Shown here piece by piece: positions 28,916-38,983 of a stretch of 64,000 nt of DNA; position 1 is the stretch's first letter; each line of letters begins with the position of its first letter. The notes beneath the pieces are model-generated. The model searched no databases and was not told where the DNA came from. It was given only the letters and a program-made list of their open reading frames with translations. A program made the position numbers and the translations under genes. Origin of the DNA: Dehalococcoidia bacterium (GTDB lineage: Bacteria; Chloroflexota; Dehalococcoidia; Lucifugimonadales; UBA1123); the NCBI GenBank assembly GCA_963422295.1, contig OY729417.1, positions 2,049,210 through 2,113,209 of the forward strand. The letters are read 5' to 3'.

Positions 28916-29812
28916 ATGGCAGGTTCAGAGATGGCCCTAACCGGCGGGAACTTCAATCCTAGGCTGGCGCGCCGTAAGAAGATCGGCGCAATCTTTTACT
29001 TCGTATTCCTGCTTGCCGTTATGGTGGGCATTATCAGCCTTCTGGTACTGCTGACGCAGATACTGATAGAGGGGCTGCCGTGGCTGAGTCTGAACTTCGT
29101 CACGAACTATCCGTCGCGTCATCCGGAGATTGCCGGCATACGCTCCGCTATGATGGGAACTATATGGGTGATGGCGCTGACTGCGATTTTCACCGTTCCT
29201 ATCGGTGTCGGCGCGGCGATTTATCTGGAGGAATATGCGCCTCGAAACCGTCTGACCCAGCTCATCGAGATAAACATATCGAATCTGGCGGGGGTGCCGT
29301 CCATAGTGTACGGACTGCTCGGCTGGGCGCTGTTCGTTCAGTTCATGTCTATGGGACGGGTGGTGCTGGCAGGGGCGCTCACGCTGTCGCTGCTGGTGCT
29401 TCCTATAGTGATTCTGGCATCGCGCGAGGCGATAAGGGCCGTTCCGAACGAATACAGGCTCGGCGCGTTCGCTCTGGGCGCGGACCAGTGGCAGGTAGTA
29501 AAAGGCGCTGTTCTGCCGTCCGCCATACCGGGCATCTTGACTGGGACGATACTGGCGCTATCCCGCGCTATCGGCGAGGCGGCGCCGATAATCGCAATCA
29601 GCGCGCTCGTCTATCTTACTTTCGTTCCGAGTGACCCATTCGATCAGTTCACCGTAATGCCGATACAGATATTCAACTGGATCGGACGCCCTCAGGACGA
29701 TTTCCAATCACTCGCCGCCGCGGGAATCATCGTGCTGCTTGCCATACTGCTTACAATGAATGCGCTTGCTGTAATATTGAGAAATAAGTATCAGGCAAGG
29801 ACGGAGAACTGA
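28916..29812 (+). CDS. pstA: phosphate ABC transporter permease
   Basis: Multi-TM protein with the [20 protein letters not shown] motif. An alternative start is at 28931. Confidence 0.9.
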   Translation: MAGSEMALTGGNFNPRLARRKKIGAIFYFVFLLAVMVGIISLLVLLTQILIEGLPWLSLNFVTNYPSRHPEIAGIRSAMMGTIWVMALTAIFTVPIGVGAAIYLEEYAPRNRLTQLIEINISNLAGVPSIVYGLLGWALFVQFMSMGRVVLAGALTLSLLVLPIVILASREAIRAVPNEYRLGAFALGADQWQVVKGAVLPSAIPGILTGTILALSRAIGEAAPIIAISALVYLTFVPSDPFDQFTVMPIQIFNWIGRPQDDFQSLAAAGIIVLLAILLTMNALAVILRNKYQARTEN

Positions 29813-29813
29813 A

Positions 29814-30587
29814 GTGAACGGCGATGCTCCTATATTCGAGGTTTCCGGCCTCGATCTGTATTATGGGCCGTTTCAGGCGCTCAGAAACATCGACATGAGG
29901 ATAAGACGATATGCCATCACCGCGCTGATAGGGCCGTCCGGATGCGGCAAGAGCAGCCTCCTTCGATGTTTCAACCGTATGAACGATCTGATACCGTCCG
30001 CTCGGATAGAGGGCGAAATCTTATTCGAAGGCTCCAACCTGTACCATTCCGGCGTCGATGCTACTGAGATAAGATCGCGCATCGGTATGGTCTTTCAGCG
30101 ACCGAACCCGTTTCCGAAGTCTATCTATGACAATGTGGCGTTCGGGCTGAAGATAAACGGATATTTGGGCGATATGGATGAGGCGGTAGAACGCTCGCTG
30201 AGACAGGCGGCTCTTTGGGATGAGGTGAAAGATCGTCTCAAATCCAGCGCGCTGGATCTCTCCGGCGGACAGCAGCAGCGTCTATGCATTGCGCGGGCTC
30301 TGGCAGTCGAACCCGAAGTCATTCTCATGGACGAGCCCGCCTCCGCGCTCGATCCTATCGCCACGCTTGCCATAGAGGAGCTGGTTCATGAGTTGAGCGA
30401 ACATTATACAATCATAATAGTCACTCACAACATGCAGCAGGCGGCGCGCGTTTCGGACGAAACCGCTTTCCTGATGGTATCGGATGATCGTTCTGGTTAC
30501 CTCGTCGAACATGGGGAGACTAGCCAGATTTTCACTACGCCTAAGAACGAACGCACCGAGGCGTATATAACGGGAAGGTTCAGTTAG
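29814..30587 (+). CDS. pstB: phosphate ABC transporter ATP-binding protein
   Basis: Walker [10 protein letters not shown], signature LSGGQQQRL and Walker B ILMDEP. GTG start. Confidence 0.95.
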   Translation: MNGDAPIFEVSGLDLYYGPFQALRNIDMRIRRYAITALIGPSGCGKSSLLRCFNRMNDLIPSARIEGEILFEGSNLYHSGVDATEIRSRIGMVFQRPNPFPKSIYDNVAFGLKINGYLGDMDEAVERSLRQAALWDEVKDRLKSSALDLSGGQQQRLCIARALAVEPEVILMDEPASALDPIATLAIEELVHELSEHYTIIIVTHNMQQAARVSDETAFLMVSDDRSGYLVEHGETSQIFTTPKNERTEAYITGRFS

Positions 30588-30662
30588 AGCGGGAATCCGA
30601 GAATCGGGGGCAGAACCCGCAAACCCATTAAAACCAACTTAGGAGGAGAGGAGCAGTCTCCC

Positions 30663-31328
30663 ATGCCTCGATCTGAATTCGATAGAGACCTGCGTGAACT
30701 GCAGGATGATTTGCTGACTCTGGGCGGTATGGTGGAGAAAGCTATTGCCAAATCTTTGGACGCGCTGAAGAATCGCGATTTGGAGCTGTCCGCTGAGGTC
30801 GTTCAGGAAGACGACGCGATAGACGAGAAGCGTTTCGCGCTGGAGGAGAAGTCGATAGACCTTATCGCTACTCAGCAGCCGCTCGCCGGAGACCTGCGCA
30901 TTCTGATAACGGTGTTGCATGTTGCCGTCGAGTTGGAGCGTATGGGCGATTATGCGGAGGGTATCGCCAAGATCAGCATTGCGATGGGCAACGAGCCGCC
31001 GCTTAAGCCTCTCATAGATGTTCCGCGTATGGGGGAGAGATCGATGGACATGCTCCGCCGCAGTTTGGATGCATTCGTCAACCGTGATGTGGAGGCGTCG
31101 TACCAGATATGTCAGGACGATGACGAGGTGGACGCGCTGTATGAGCAGATATATCGTGAGCTGCTGACCTACATGATGTCTGACCCAAGCACGATACGGC
31201 GGGCGACATATTTGCTCTGGGTTGCGCACGACATCGAACGAATAGCTGACCGCACTACTAACATAGCGGAGCGCGTCATATTCCTCGTTACAGGTCGTCT
31301 TACGGAGACGGGAGTTTCGATGTATTAG
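30663..31328 (+). CDS. phoU: phosphate signalling complex protein PhoU
   Basis: Two PhoU repeats (DDAIDEKR..., DDEVDALY...). A strong RBS, AGGAGGAGAGGAG, lies upstream. Confidence 0.9.
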   Translation: MPRSEFDRDLRELQDDLLTLGGMVEKAIAKSLDALKNRDLELSAEVVQEDDAIDEKRFALEEKSIDLIATQQPLAGDLRILITVLHVAVELERMGDYAEGIAKISIAMGNEPPLKPLIDVPRMGERSMDMLRRSLDAFVNRDVEASYQICQDDDEVDALYEQIYRELLTYMMSDPSTIRRATYLLWVAHDIERIADRTTNIAERVIFLVTGRLTETGVSMY

Positions 31329-31372
31329 CGGTACTGGTATTAGCGCGTGTTGCTCGGATTGTCGGCGGTGTC

Positions 31373-32047
31373 TTAGCTGCTGCCACCGCTCTGTACTGAG
31401 CGGAACGGATATACCCAGCTTGCGAGAGATCTAGGATTGCGCGATTGTATCCATAGCTTGCCGCGCCCGGAGAATCGCAGCAATAGCTGGTCAGAGAACA
31501 GGAATGAGCGGATACTGCGTCCTTTTGTGATGCTGTAGATTAGCGACGGTTCCCAAGCCACGGCGTGGCCGTTGTCCACAATGTAGGATCCGTCCACCTC
31601 CACTGTTTCTACATCGCCGTAGGAGTTGAAGAAAAGCATCCCGCTGCCTGACGCGCGCAGAATGAACATTCCCTCGTTGAACAGCCCTCTCAGTCCCTGA
31701 AAGCTGGAATCGATTTTGACACCCTCTTCGGATGCGAGATAGGCGTTTTTTTCCAGCATTAGATCGCCGTTTGCCATGTCGTAGGGAACTATGTCTCCCG
31801 GCTGTCCGGGGGCGAGTCCGACTAGCCCCTGTCCATCGCGCGATGAGAAGGTGTTCTGGAAGAAGCTCTCTCCGCCGAGCGCGGATCTACGAAGTCCGCT
31901 GAGTACGCCGCCGCGCGTGGATGTGGATATATCGATGTTGTCGCTCATCCATGCCATCGCGCCTGATTCGGCCACGATGGTCTCTTTTGCATCGAGCGTA
32001 ACCTCTAGCAGGCTGTAGCTTGGCTGAGTTTTGATATCGTAGTCCAC
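31373..32047 (-). CDS. AIM24/DUF124 (TIGR00266-like) family protein, paralog 3 of operon
   Basis: ESGAMAWMS, the GESFF segment and the DNGHAVAWEPSL motif. The GTG start lies 1 nt after the stop of the upstream paralog. Confidence 0.75.
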   Translation of the reverse strand: MDYDIKTQPSYSLLEVTLDAKETIVAESGAMAWMSDNIDISTSTRGGVLSGLRRSALGGESFFQNTFSSRDGQGLVGLAPGQPGDIVPYDMANGDLMLEKNAYLASEEGVKIDSSFQGLRGLFNEGMFILRASGSGMLFFNSYGDVETVEVDGSYIVDNGHAVAWEPSLIYSITKGRSIRSFLFSDQLLLRFSGRGKLWIQSRNPRSLASWVYPFRSVQSGGSS

Positions 32048-32048
32048 T

Positions 32049-32741
32049 TCAAGAACTCCTGGGCGGCATCAGCCCGCCGAGTGTCTGCCCGAACTGTTTG
32101 GGATTGTGGCTTTGCGCATATATGACGCCGCTGCCGCGAAACTTCAGCACTAGGCCCTCACTGGATAGAAACGATTGCAGCCAGCTGCTTCCCGCTTTTC
32201 CCACCTCGTAGGAGAGCGAGTCGGAGAAGGCGACGACATGGCCTGTATCTACTGTGAGCGCGCCATCCACTTCGATCTGCTGAATATGTCCGAATGCGCT
32301 GACGACCAGTTCGCCTGCTCCTTCTACGCTCAAGAAGGAGAGCGATTCGCCTGACATCATTCCGCGCATTCCTTGAAACTGGGTGTCTATGCTGAGACCG
32401 TCGGACGAGCCGAGATAGCTGCCGCCGGCGCATAGCCAGCGTTCGCGGCCTGAGCATTCGATTATCGCTAAGTCTCCTGCCAGAGTGGGGGCGAGGCCAA
32501 CCTCGCCGGGCTTGTCATCGTTGGTAGAGTATGTGGAGAGGAAGAAGCTCTCGCCCGCTATCATGCGGCGCAGGCCTCCGAACAGCCCGGCAGAACCGCC
32601 TGCGCGAGTAGTTACATCTATATCTAAATTACTCGAAGCGCGGAACATCGCGCCCGCTTCCGAGATGAACCGCTCGGACGGCTCCAGTTCGATCATTATC
32701 GATCTGTACGAACCCTGCTCGGATATACTGTATCTGGGCAT
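32049..32741 (-). CDS. AIM24/DUF124 family protein, paralog 2
   Basis: EAGAMFRAS, GESFFLSTY and DTGHVVAFSDSL motifs. Confidence 0.75.
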   Translation of the reverse strand: MPRYSISEQGSYRSIMIELEPSERFISEAGAMFRASSNLDIDVTTRAGGSAGLFGGLRRMIAGESFFLSTYSTNDDKPGEVGLAPTLAGDLAIIECSGRERWLCAGGSYLGSSDGLSIDTQFQGMRGMMSGESLSFLSVEGAGELVVSAFGHIQQIEVDGALTVDTGHVVAFSDSLSYEVGKAGSSWLQSFLSSEGLVLKFRGSGVIYAQSHNPKQFGQTLGGLMPPRSS

Positions 32742-32798
32742 ATGTAGGCCCCCGCGCGTGTATTTTAGAGAAGACTCGACCCCGATATATTAGATATA

Positions 32799-33452
32799 TT
32801 ACTTGAACGGTGTTAGCCAGCCAGCCAGCGATGGCATCGTGCGCGTTTGGAGATATACATTTCCAGTCCCGCTAAAGCGCATCGCCAAACCTTCGCCGGA
32901 CAGCAGCGTACTTTTGAGACCGCCCATGCCTCTGATGGTGTAATCCAAAGTCGGCTCCCACGCGACGACATGGCCTGTATCGACGGTTAGGGAGCCATCG
33001 ACCTGTTTTTCGATCAGCGCGCCATATGTATTGAAGAACAGGTCTCCGTGTCCTGCGCATTCGATGAAGAATAGGCCTTCGCCGGAGAAAGCCGATCTGA
33101 GACCGCCGAACTTCGTTCTGAGCTGAATGCTTGGTGAGCAGGCAAGGAAAGAACCGCCTGTTAATGTGAGGGGGTTATCCAACATTGGATAGTGGGTGAT
33201 CATTCCCGGCATGCGGGGGGATATGGTCAACTCGCCGCCGTTTGGGTGGCTGAACTCTCCCACAAACAGCGACTCTCCGCCGCCGATCTTTCGCATCAGC
33301 GCGCGGGTGAAACCGCCAAGAAGCAAAGCTCTTACCTGCATATCAGCAGACATCCACGCCATCGCGCCACCTTCGGCGATGAAGCTCTCTCCCGGAAACA
33401 GTTCGACAGTCAAATGTCCGTAGTCGGGGTTGCCGTGCAGCGTAAAATCCAA
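32799..33452 (-). CDS. AIM24/DUF124 family protein, paralog 1
   Basis: EGGAMAWMS, GESLFVGEF and DTGHVVAWEPTL motifs. Confidence 0.75.
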   Translation of the reverse strand: MDFTLHGNPDYGHLTVELFPGESFIAEGGAMAWMSADMQVRALLLGGFTRALMRKIGGGESLFVGEFSHPNGGELTISPRMPGMITHYPMLDNPLTLTGGSFLACSPSIQLRTKFGGLRSAFSGEGLFFIECAGHGDLFFNTYGALIEKQVDGSLTVDTGHVVAWEPTLDYTIRGMGGLKSTLLSGEGLAMRFSGTGNVYLQTRTMPSLAGWLTPFK

Positions 33453-33717
33453 TGTGAGAGGCTCCTGCTGATGCTGCTGCGAATCATATCAGCTTAGTGG
33501 TGTGCATACAATCGAAGCGGCAGACATGCCTAAAGTGGGCGAATAGCAAAAGAGATTGGCTAATTCATGGATGCCTCTCGTATGCACTTTTCTAGTCAGG
33601 GCTGCAGCTCAGCAGCTCAAGCGTTCTCCTTGTTTCGATAGTTTGGATAATCCTGATTTATTAGCTAATCTGCGTTAGTATAGACATGATATGGTCTCTT
33701 TGAGGGAGGGAAGCCCT

Positions 33718-35274
33718 ATGAAATACGATGTCATCGTTGTGGGAGCTGGGTCTGCTGGAGCGGCTGCCGCGTCCAGATTGTCTGAGGATCCATCGAAGTC
33801 GGTTCTGCTGCTGGAGGCGGGGCCGGACTATCCTGATTTCGATACGCTGCCGGAAGAGCTGAAGCAGGGCTATGCCACCGGAACCGATATTATGGTGAGC
33901 GATGATCACAACTGGCAGTTTACCGGCAAGGCCAACGATGTTGCGGAGCCGATGTTGGTGCCGCGCGGAAAGGTTACCGGAGGCACCAGCGCCATCAATG
34001 GCCAGGTCTTTTTGCGCGGCCTGACCCACGATTTCGAGGATTGGGCGAATTATGGCAATAGTGAATGGCGGTTCGAGAATGTGCTGCCGTTCTTTCGCAA
34101 TCTCGAGACGGATACGGACTTCCATGATGATTTTCACGGTACTGACGGTCCGATAATCTGTCACCGTTTTTCGAGAGACAGCTGGCTGCCGGCTCAGACG
34201 GGGTTCTACAACGCCTGCATCGACGCAGGATTCCCCGAAGTGGCTGATTTCAATCAGCCGGACGCTCACGGAGTCGGGGCCATTCCGTGCAACAACCCGG
34301 ATGGCATCCGCTGGAGTACGAATCTCGGATATCTGAGTCAGTCGCGGCATCGCCTGAATCTGACGATTAGGGCCAACTGCATGGCGCATCGCATCATATT
34401 CGACGGTAAACGCGCAGCTGGTATCGAGGTCGAGAGCGGGGGAGATAAGTTCGTCGTCGAGGGTGAACAGATAGTCCTCAGTGGAGGCTCTATTGCCAAT
34501 CCGCAGCTGCTGATGCTGTCTGGCGTTGGACCCGCAGACCATATCCGTGACTTCGGCATCCCCGTCGTCCATGACTTGCCCGGCGTCGGCCGCAACTTCA
34601 GCGATCATCCGCTCATATTCATCACGGCCAAGGTCAAAGAGGGCGTCGAGCTGGACGGACTCGCGCCCAGGCTTCAGGTTGGATTGCGATACACTGCCGC
34701 TGGCTCTAGTCGCCCGAACGACATGATGATGTGGATGCAGTCTTTTGCCTCCGAGCGTATCAACCGTGGAGGCGAGCGGATGGAGCCGCTAGGTATCAGG
34801 ATAACTGGCTCGATATATCTCGCCGCAAGCAAGGGCAGGATAACGCTAACATCCATAGATCCGCGTGTTCAGCCTTTTTTGGATTATCACCTGCTCGAAG
34901 ATCCGGAGGATAGGCGGCGTATGCGTGAGGCGGTCAGGCTGGCAGTCTCGATTTTCGAGCATCCGGACCTTGCATCCATGCTGGAGAAACGGATAGAGCC
35001 GCTGGATTCCGACCTAGAATCGGACGACGCGCTGGATCGGTGGATGTTGCGGGAGGTTACGACGGGGCAGCATCTGACGAGTACCTGTCGTATGGGGCCG
35101 GAGTCCGACCCGCTTGCAGTCGTCGATCAGCGACTGCGCGTACACGGTATTGAGGGTCTGCGAATCGCCGATGCGTCGGTGATGCCCGATACCGTCCGCG
35201 CCAATACCAATGTCACCACTATGATGATTGGTGAGCGGCTGGCGGATTTCGTGAAGAACGATTCTTCCGACTAA
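33718..35274 (+). CDS. GMC-family FAD oxidoreductase (choline dehydrogenase-like)
   Basis: YDVIVVGAGSAGAAAASRLSED FAD motif and C-terminal HLTSTCRMG and RIADASVMP motifs. The RBS GAGGGAGGG lies before ATG 33718. Confidence 0.85.
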   Translation: MKYDVIVVGAGSAGAAAASRLSEDPSKSVLLLEAGPDYPDFDTLPEELKQGYATGTDIMVSDDHNWQFTGKANDVAEPMLVPRGKVTGGTSAINGQVFLRGLTHDFEDWANYGNSEWRFENVLPFFRNLETDTDFHDDFHGTDGPIICHRFSRDSWLPAQTGFYNACIDAGFPEVADFNQPDAHGVGAIPCNNPDGIRWSTNLGYLSQSRHRLNLTIRANCMAHRIIFDGKRAAGIEVESGGDKFVVEGEQIVLSGGSIANPQLLMLSGVGPADHIRDFGIPVVHDLPGVGRNFSDHPLIFITAKVKEGVELDGLAPRLQVGLRYTAAGSSRPNDMMMWMQSFASERINRGGERMEPLGIRITGSIYLAASKGRITLTSIDPRVQPFLDYHLLEDPEDRRRMREAVRLAVSIFEHPDLASMLEKRIEPLDSDLESDDALDRWMLREVTTGQHLTSTCRMGPESDPLAVVDQRLRVHGIEGLRIADASVMPDTVRANTNVTTMMIGERLADFVKNDSSD

Positions 35275-35445
35275 TGTTGTATAATGTGCCTCGAGTTGGG
35301 TGCCTCGGGCGCTCGATTTGCATTCGTAATATGGCAATCTGAGTAGAGAGCGAGCGTTAGATATACAATAGCCAGCTCAGTTAGTTAGCCTAGTCAATCC
35401 GAAAAGTCGTGCGATCATGAAACTTTATAGTATGGAGGCAGTGAT

Positions 35446-35964
35446 ATGGTACAGCAGCAGGCCGCGATTCTTAGGCCGGAAACCATGGTCGAGGAGTTCC
35501 GCAAGAACGGCGTTACACATGTCGTGACTATTCCGGACTCGGAGACGAATTATCTGTATGAGCTTATGGAACAGCAAGAGTGGCTGGAGGTGGTTCCTGT
35601 CTCGCGCGAGGGCGAGGCGTGGGGGACTGCTATGGGTCTCAACATTGCCGGCAAGGTGCCGGTGGTGCTGGTTCAGAACACCGGTATGCTAGAGTCTGGC
35701 GACTCCATTCGCGGCATGGCGATAGACGCTGGTTTTCCGCTGGTGATGGTCATAGGCTATCGCGGCTGGACGCGGCGCGGCGTTATTACCGACTCCGTAG
35801 CGAAATATACCGAGCCGTTCTTGACAGCCTTCGGCATCAATTACTATCTGGTCGAGCAGAATGAGGATGGGGAACGCATCTCCGTAGCTTTCGACGAGGC
35901 GCGGGCGACTAGCCGTCCGGTTGCCATCCTCGTTGGCGACGAATACCACGGTTTCAATCGATAG
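35446..35964 (+). CDS. comD: TPP-dependent sulfopyruvate decarboxylase-like, alpha subunit
   Basis: 172-aa TPP pyrimidine-binding half (VVTIPDSETNYLY, REGEAWGTAMG). The split-subunit architecture resembles ComD. Confidence 0.65.
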   Translation: MVQQQAAILRPETMVEEFRKNGVTHVVTIPDSETNYLYELMEQQEWLEVVPVSREGEAWGTAMGLNIAGKVPVVLVQNTGMLESGDSIRGMAIDAGFPLVMVIGYRGWTRRGVITDSVAKYTEPFLTAFGINYYLVEQNEDGERISVAFDEARATSRPVAILVGDEYHGFNR

Positions 35965-36022
35965 AGTAGAGCGTTCTCTGACACTCTTCCCCCGATGACA
36001 TTACACAGCAGGAGTTCTCACA

Positions 36023-36607
36023 TTGATCGATGCGAAAGAAGTATTCAAGGCATTTCAAGAACATCGCGGTGACGCCATAGTCTCGGCGACAGGCACCGCA
36101 GGCCGGCACTGGCGCGATTTCAGCGAGAACGAGCGGCGCGATGTCTCGCTTGGCGGCGCGATGGGGCAGACGACATCCGCCGCGCTCGGACTTGCGCTCG
36201 GCCTGCCCGATGAGAAGATAGTGCTGTTCGACGCCGAAGGCTCGCTGCTGATGAATCTTGGCGCGATAGCATCCATAGCAGGTATGAAGCCCGCCAACTT
36301 CTATCACTTTCTGCTCGACAACGAGTGCTACGCCACGACCGGCGGCCAGCCGGTGCCTAATTCGCAGGATATCGACTATGCGATGATGGCTAAGGGCGCA
36401 GGCTATGCCGCGGCATACAACTTCGATGATCTCGAAGAGTTCAGCACCAGCGTTGGCGAGATAATGCAGCAGGAAGGCCCCGTGTTTGTCGCTATAAAGG
36501 TCGTCCCGGAAGTGGAGAACGCGCCCATCGGCCTGCGCGAGCGACGCCCGACACGAGGGCGTGGCGAAACCATCAGCACCCTACGCGAAGAGCTTGGAAT
36601 AGTCTGA
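36023..36607 (+). CDS. comE: TPP-dependent sulfopyruvate decarboxylase-like, beta subunit
   Basis: 194-aa TPP diphosphate-binding half (GGAMGQTTSAALGLAL, FDAEGSLLMNLG, LDNECYATTGGQP). A TTG start follows AGGAG. Confidence 0.65.
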   Translation: MIDAKEVFKAFQEHRGDAIVSATGTAGRHWRDFSENERRDVSLGGAMGQTTSAALGLALGLPDEKIVLFDAEGSLLMNLGAIASIAGMKPANFYHFLLDNECYATTGGQPVPNSQDIDYAMMAKGAGYAAAYNFDDLEEFSTSVGEIMQQEGPVFVAIKVVPEVENAPIGLRERRPTRGRGETISTLREELGIV

Positions 36608-36812
36608 CGAATATACCAGAGAAACGGATCGGGGGACTGGACTCTATCTATTGCGAAGAGCTGATCCCGGCGAGCTGGAATGACTGCATCGGCGACAGCA
36701 ATCACTAGATCACACAGACTGGCTGCCTAGTCTGGCTGTATCTGGACTAGGCGGTTAATGCGGGTAAGAGCTGGTCAGCATTCCAGCCGAAAGTACGCAT
36801 AGAAGGAAAAGT

Positions 36813-37769
36813 ATGAAAGGCAACGAGATAATCAATACTGACGATGTGATGAAGTTTTTAGATGATGGTGAGTCCATACTTGCGGTCGCTGCTAACAAGC
36901 GCGGCGATTTCGGTGTCGCAACCGACAAGCGCGTTCTCATAATTGGTCGCTCTGCGTTTGGTCGCAAAATGAAACTGTCGAAAAACCTCCAGTATGAGCA
37001 GATTCACACGATCGAGTCCTCTACTAAAGTATTCGAGCCTCCGATAACGATAATCACTAGCGAAAAGAAGGTCATACTTTTCGTTCGCAAGAGCATGGTA
37101 CCTCACTTTGTCGAGACCATCGAAGCGCGGATTACTGACACTAGGTTGCCAGACGAGTCAGCCAAAACCCAAGTCAATAAGGAATTGGTCTCACTGACTA
37201 GTGAAGAAGCGCGGATAGACAAAGAATGGCTAGATGCGATCCCCGAAGGGTGGCGCGCTTTTGGCAAAGACGAAAACGCCAGCATGGGCGAACGGCGCGT
37301 AGTCAGAACGATGCTCGACGAAGACGAACATATCGAGAAGATGATTCGGTGTAGGTTCGGTGATGGTCGAGTGTCTGCTGGCAACACCGGCGTCGGTATA
37401 ACTACTAACAAGCGCGTGCTGTTCGTCGATAAGGGCATCATCCGAGTTGAAATAAGAGAGATGCGTTACGGGCGCATTGACTCCATCACTTCCGCCAGTG
37501 GAGCAATTGATACCGATCTGCATATCTATGGCACCGGTAACGCCGTCATCAAGGTCAACGACATTTATCCTAGAGAATCGGCCAAAGTATTCGCAGATTC
37601 TATACGGAGACATATCGACGACGAGACTGTCCCAGCGGTTACTAGTTCGCCCGTAGCGACAGTCAGTGTCATGGCTGAACTAGCGCAGGCAGCGAGTCTG
37701 TATCGAGATGGGATTCTTACCAATGAAGAGTTCTCTGCTGTGAAAGAGCGGATACTAGCAATGAAATAA
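36813..37769 (+). CDS. tandem bacterial PH (YokE-like) domain protein with C-terminal SHOCT domain
   Basis: Two segments of the type GE.I.......G....T.KRVL(I/F) ... Y..I.SI, and a C-terminal LYRDGILTNEEFSAVKERIL (SHOCT-like). GC looks visibly lower than in neighbouring genes. Confidence 0.6.
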   Translation: MKGNEIINTDDVMKFLDDGESILAVAANKRGDFGVATDKRVLIIGRSAFGRKMKLSKNLQYEQIHTIESSTKVFEPPITIITSEKKVILFVRKSMVPHFVETIEARITDTRLPDESAKTQVNKELVSLTSEEARIDKEWLDAIPEGWRAFGKDENASMGERRVVRTMLDEDEHIEKMIRCRFGDGRVSAGNTGVGITTNKRVLFVDKGIIRVEIREMRYGRIDSITSASGAIDTDLHIYGTGNAVIKVNDIYPRESAKVFADSIRRHIDDETVPAVTSSPVATVSVMAELAQAASLYRDGILTNEEFSAVKERILAMK

Positions 37770-37898
37770 TGACGCAGACTCACAGCATATAGAATATAGA
37801 CCTGTAATATCTATAGACGGCACGATGGCGACGCCTTTCGCCGATGGGCAATAGTCGATAGACAGCAGTCCCCTTACGAGAAGAGCTACGACGAACAG

Positions 37899-38882
37899 AT
37901 GACTCCGGCAGATATTAAATCGCGCGCCCGCGGATGTATGCTAGGCCAGCTCGCGGGAGACGCATTGGGGTCTCTGGTGGAGTTTATGACGCCGCAATCT
38001 ATTTCTCGGCTGTATCCTGAGGGCGTTCGAGATCTTCGAGATGGCGGCTCATTCAACACCATTGCAGGGCAGCCTACAGACGATTCCGAGATGGCTCTGA
38101 TGTTGGCCCGATCGCTGATCGAACGGGGAGAGTTCGATAGAGAGCATATCAGAGAGGCATATCTATTCTGGCTGTACTCCGAACCGTTCGACTGCGGCGG
38201 TACAGTGTATGCCGGCCTGATGGAGAATCCCAACTTGGTGGACAGCCAAGCCAACGGTTCGCTAATGCGTATCAGTCCGCTCGGCATATTCGGGGCGAAT
38301 TACGCTTCAGATTGCGTATCGGAGTGGGCGGTATTGGACGCTCTGATTACACATCCCAACTCGGTTTGCGTGCAGGCGATGGCGCTGTTCGCAATGTCCA
38401 TCGCCCACGCCATACGAACTGGATGCGACGGGGCGGAGCTGTATTCCCAAGTTCGGGTATGGGCTGACGATATGAATGTCGAAGATACCCTGTTCGACGC
38501 GGTTTTGGGGGCCGCAGACGCGCCGCCCGATGACTATATTACACTGCAGGGGTGGGTACTCGTAGCCTTCCGCAATGCCTTTTGGCAGCTTTTGCATGCG
38601 CCTAATCTGGAAGAGGGCGTGATAGACACTGTAATGCGTGGCGGGGATACGGATACCAACGCGGCTATATGCGGCGCGCTGATGGGATCTGTTTATGGAC
38701 AGGACGCAGTACCGAGCAGGTGGGTCGAGAGGGTTCTCGATTGCCGTCCGGAGGAGGGGCTGGAAGGCGTATTCCAACCGCGTCCAGAAATCTTCTGGCC
38801 TGTGGATGCCATCGAACTCGCAGATCGTCTGATATTGCTTGGCGATTCAGAAAGCGGTTTGCTTGGAGCTGGCACAGAATAG
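37899..38882 (+). CDS. ADP-ribosylglycohydrolase family protein
   Basis: GCMLGQLAGDALGSLVEF, GQPTDDSEMAL and GGDTDTNAAICGALMGSVYG motifs. Confidence 0.85.
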   Translation: MTPADIKSRARGCMLGQLAGDALGSLVEFMTPQSISRLYPEGVRDLRDGGSFNTIAGQPTDDSEMALMLARSLIERGEFDREHIREAYLFWLYSEPFDCGGTVYAGLMENPNLVDSQANGSLMRISPLGIFGANYASDCVSEWAVLDALITHPNSVCVQAMALFAMSIAHAIRTGCDGAELYSQVRVWADDMNVEDTLFDAVLGAADAPPDDYITLQGWVLVAFRNAFWQLLHAPNLEEGVIDTVMRGGDTDTNAAICGALMGSVYGQDAVPSRWVERVLDCRPEEGLEGVFQPRPEIFWPVDAIELADRLILLGDSESGLLGAGTE

Positions 38883-38983
38883 ATATGATGCGCTAGGGTT
38901 TTCCCGTATGTCGCGTGATCTGTAGATGTGTTCACTCACTATATTTGCCCACACTACAGTGTTCGCCCATAATACATAGCCGT

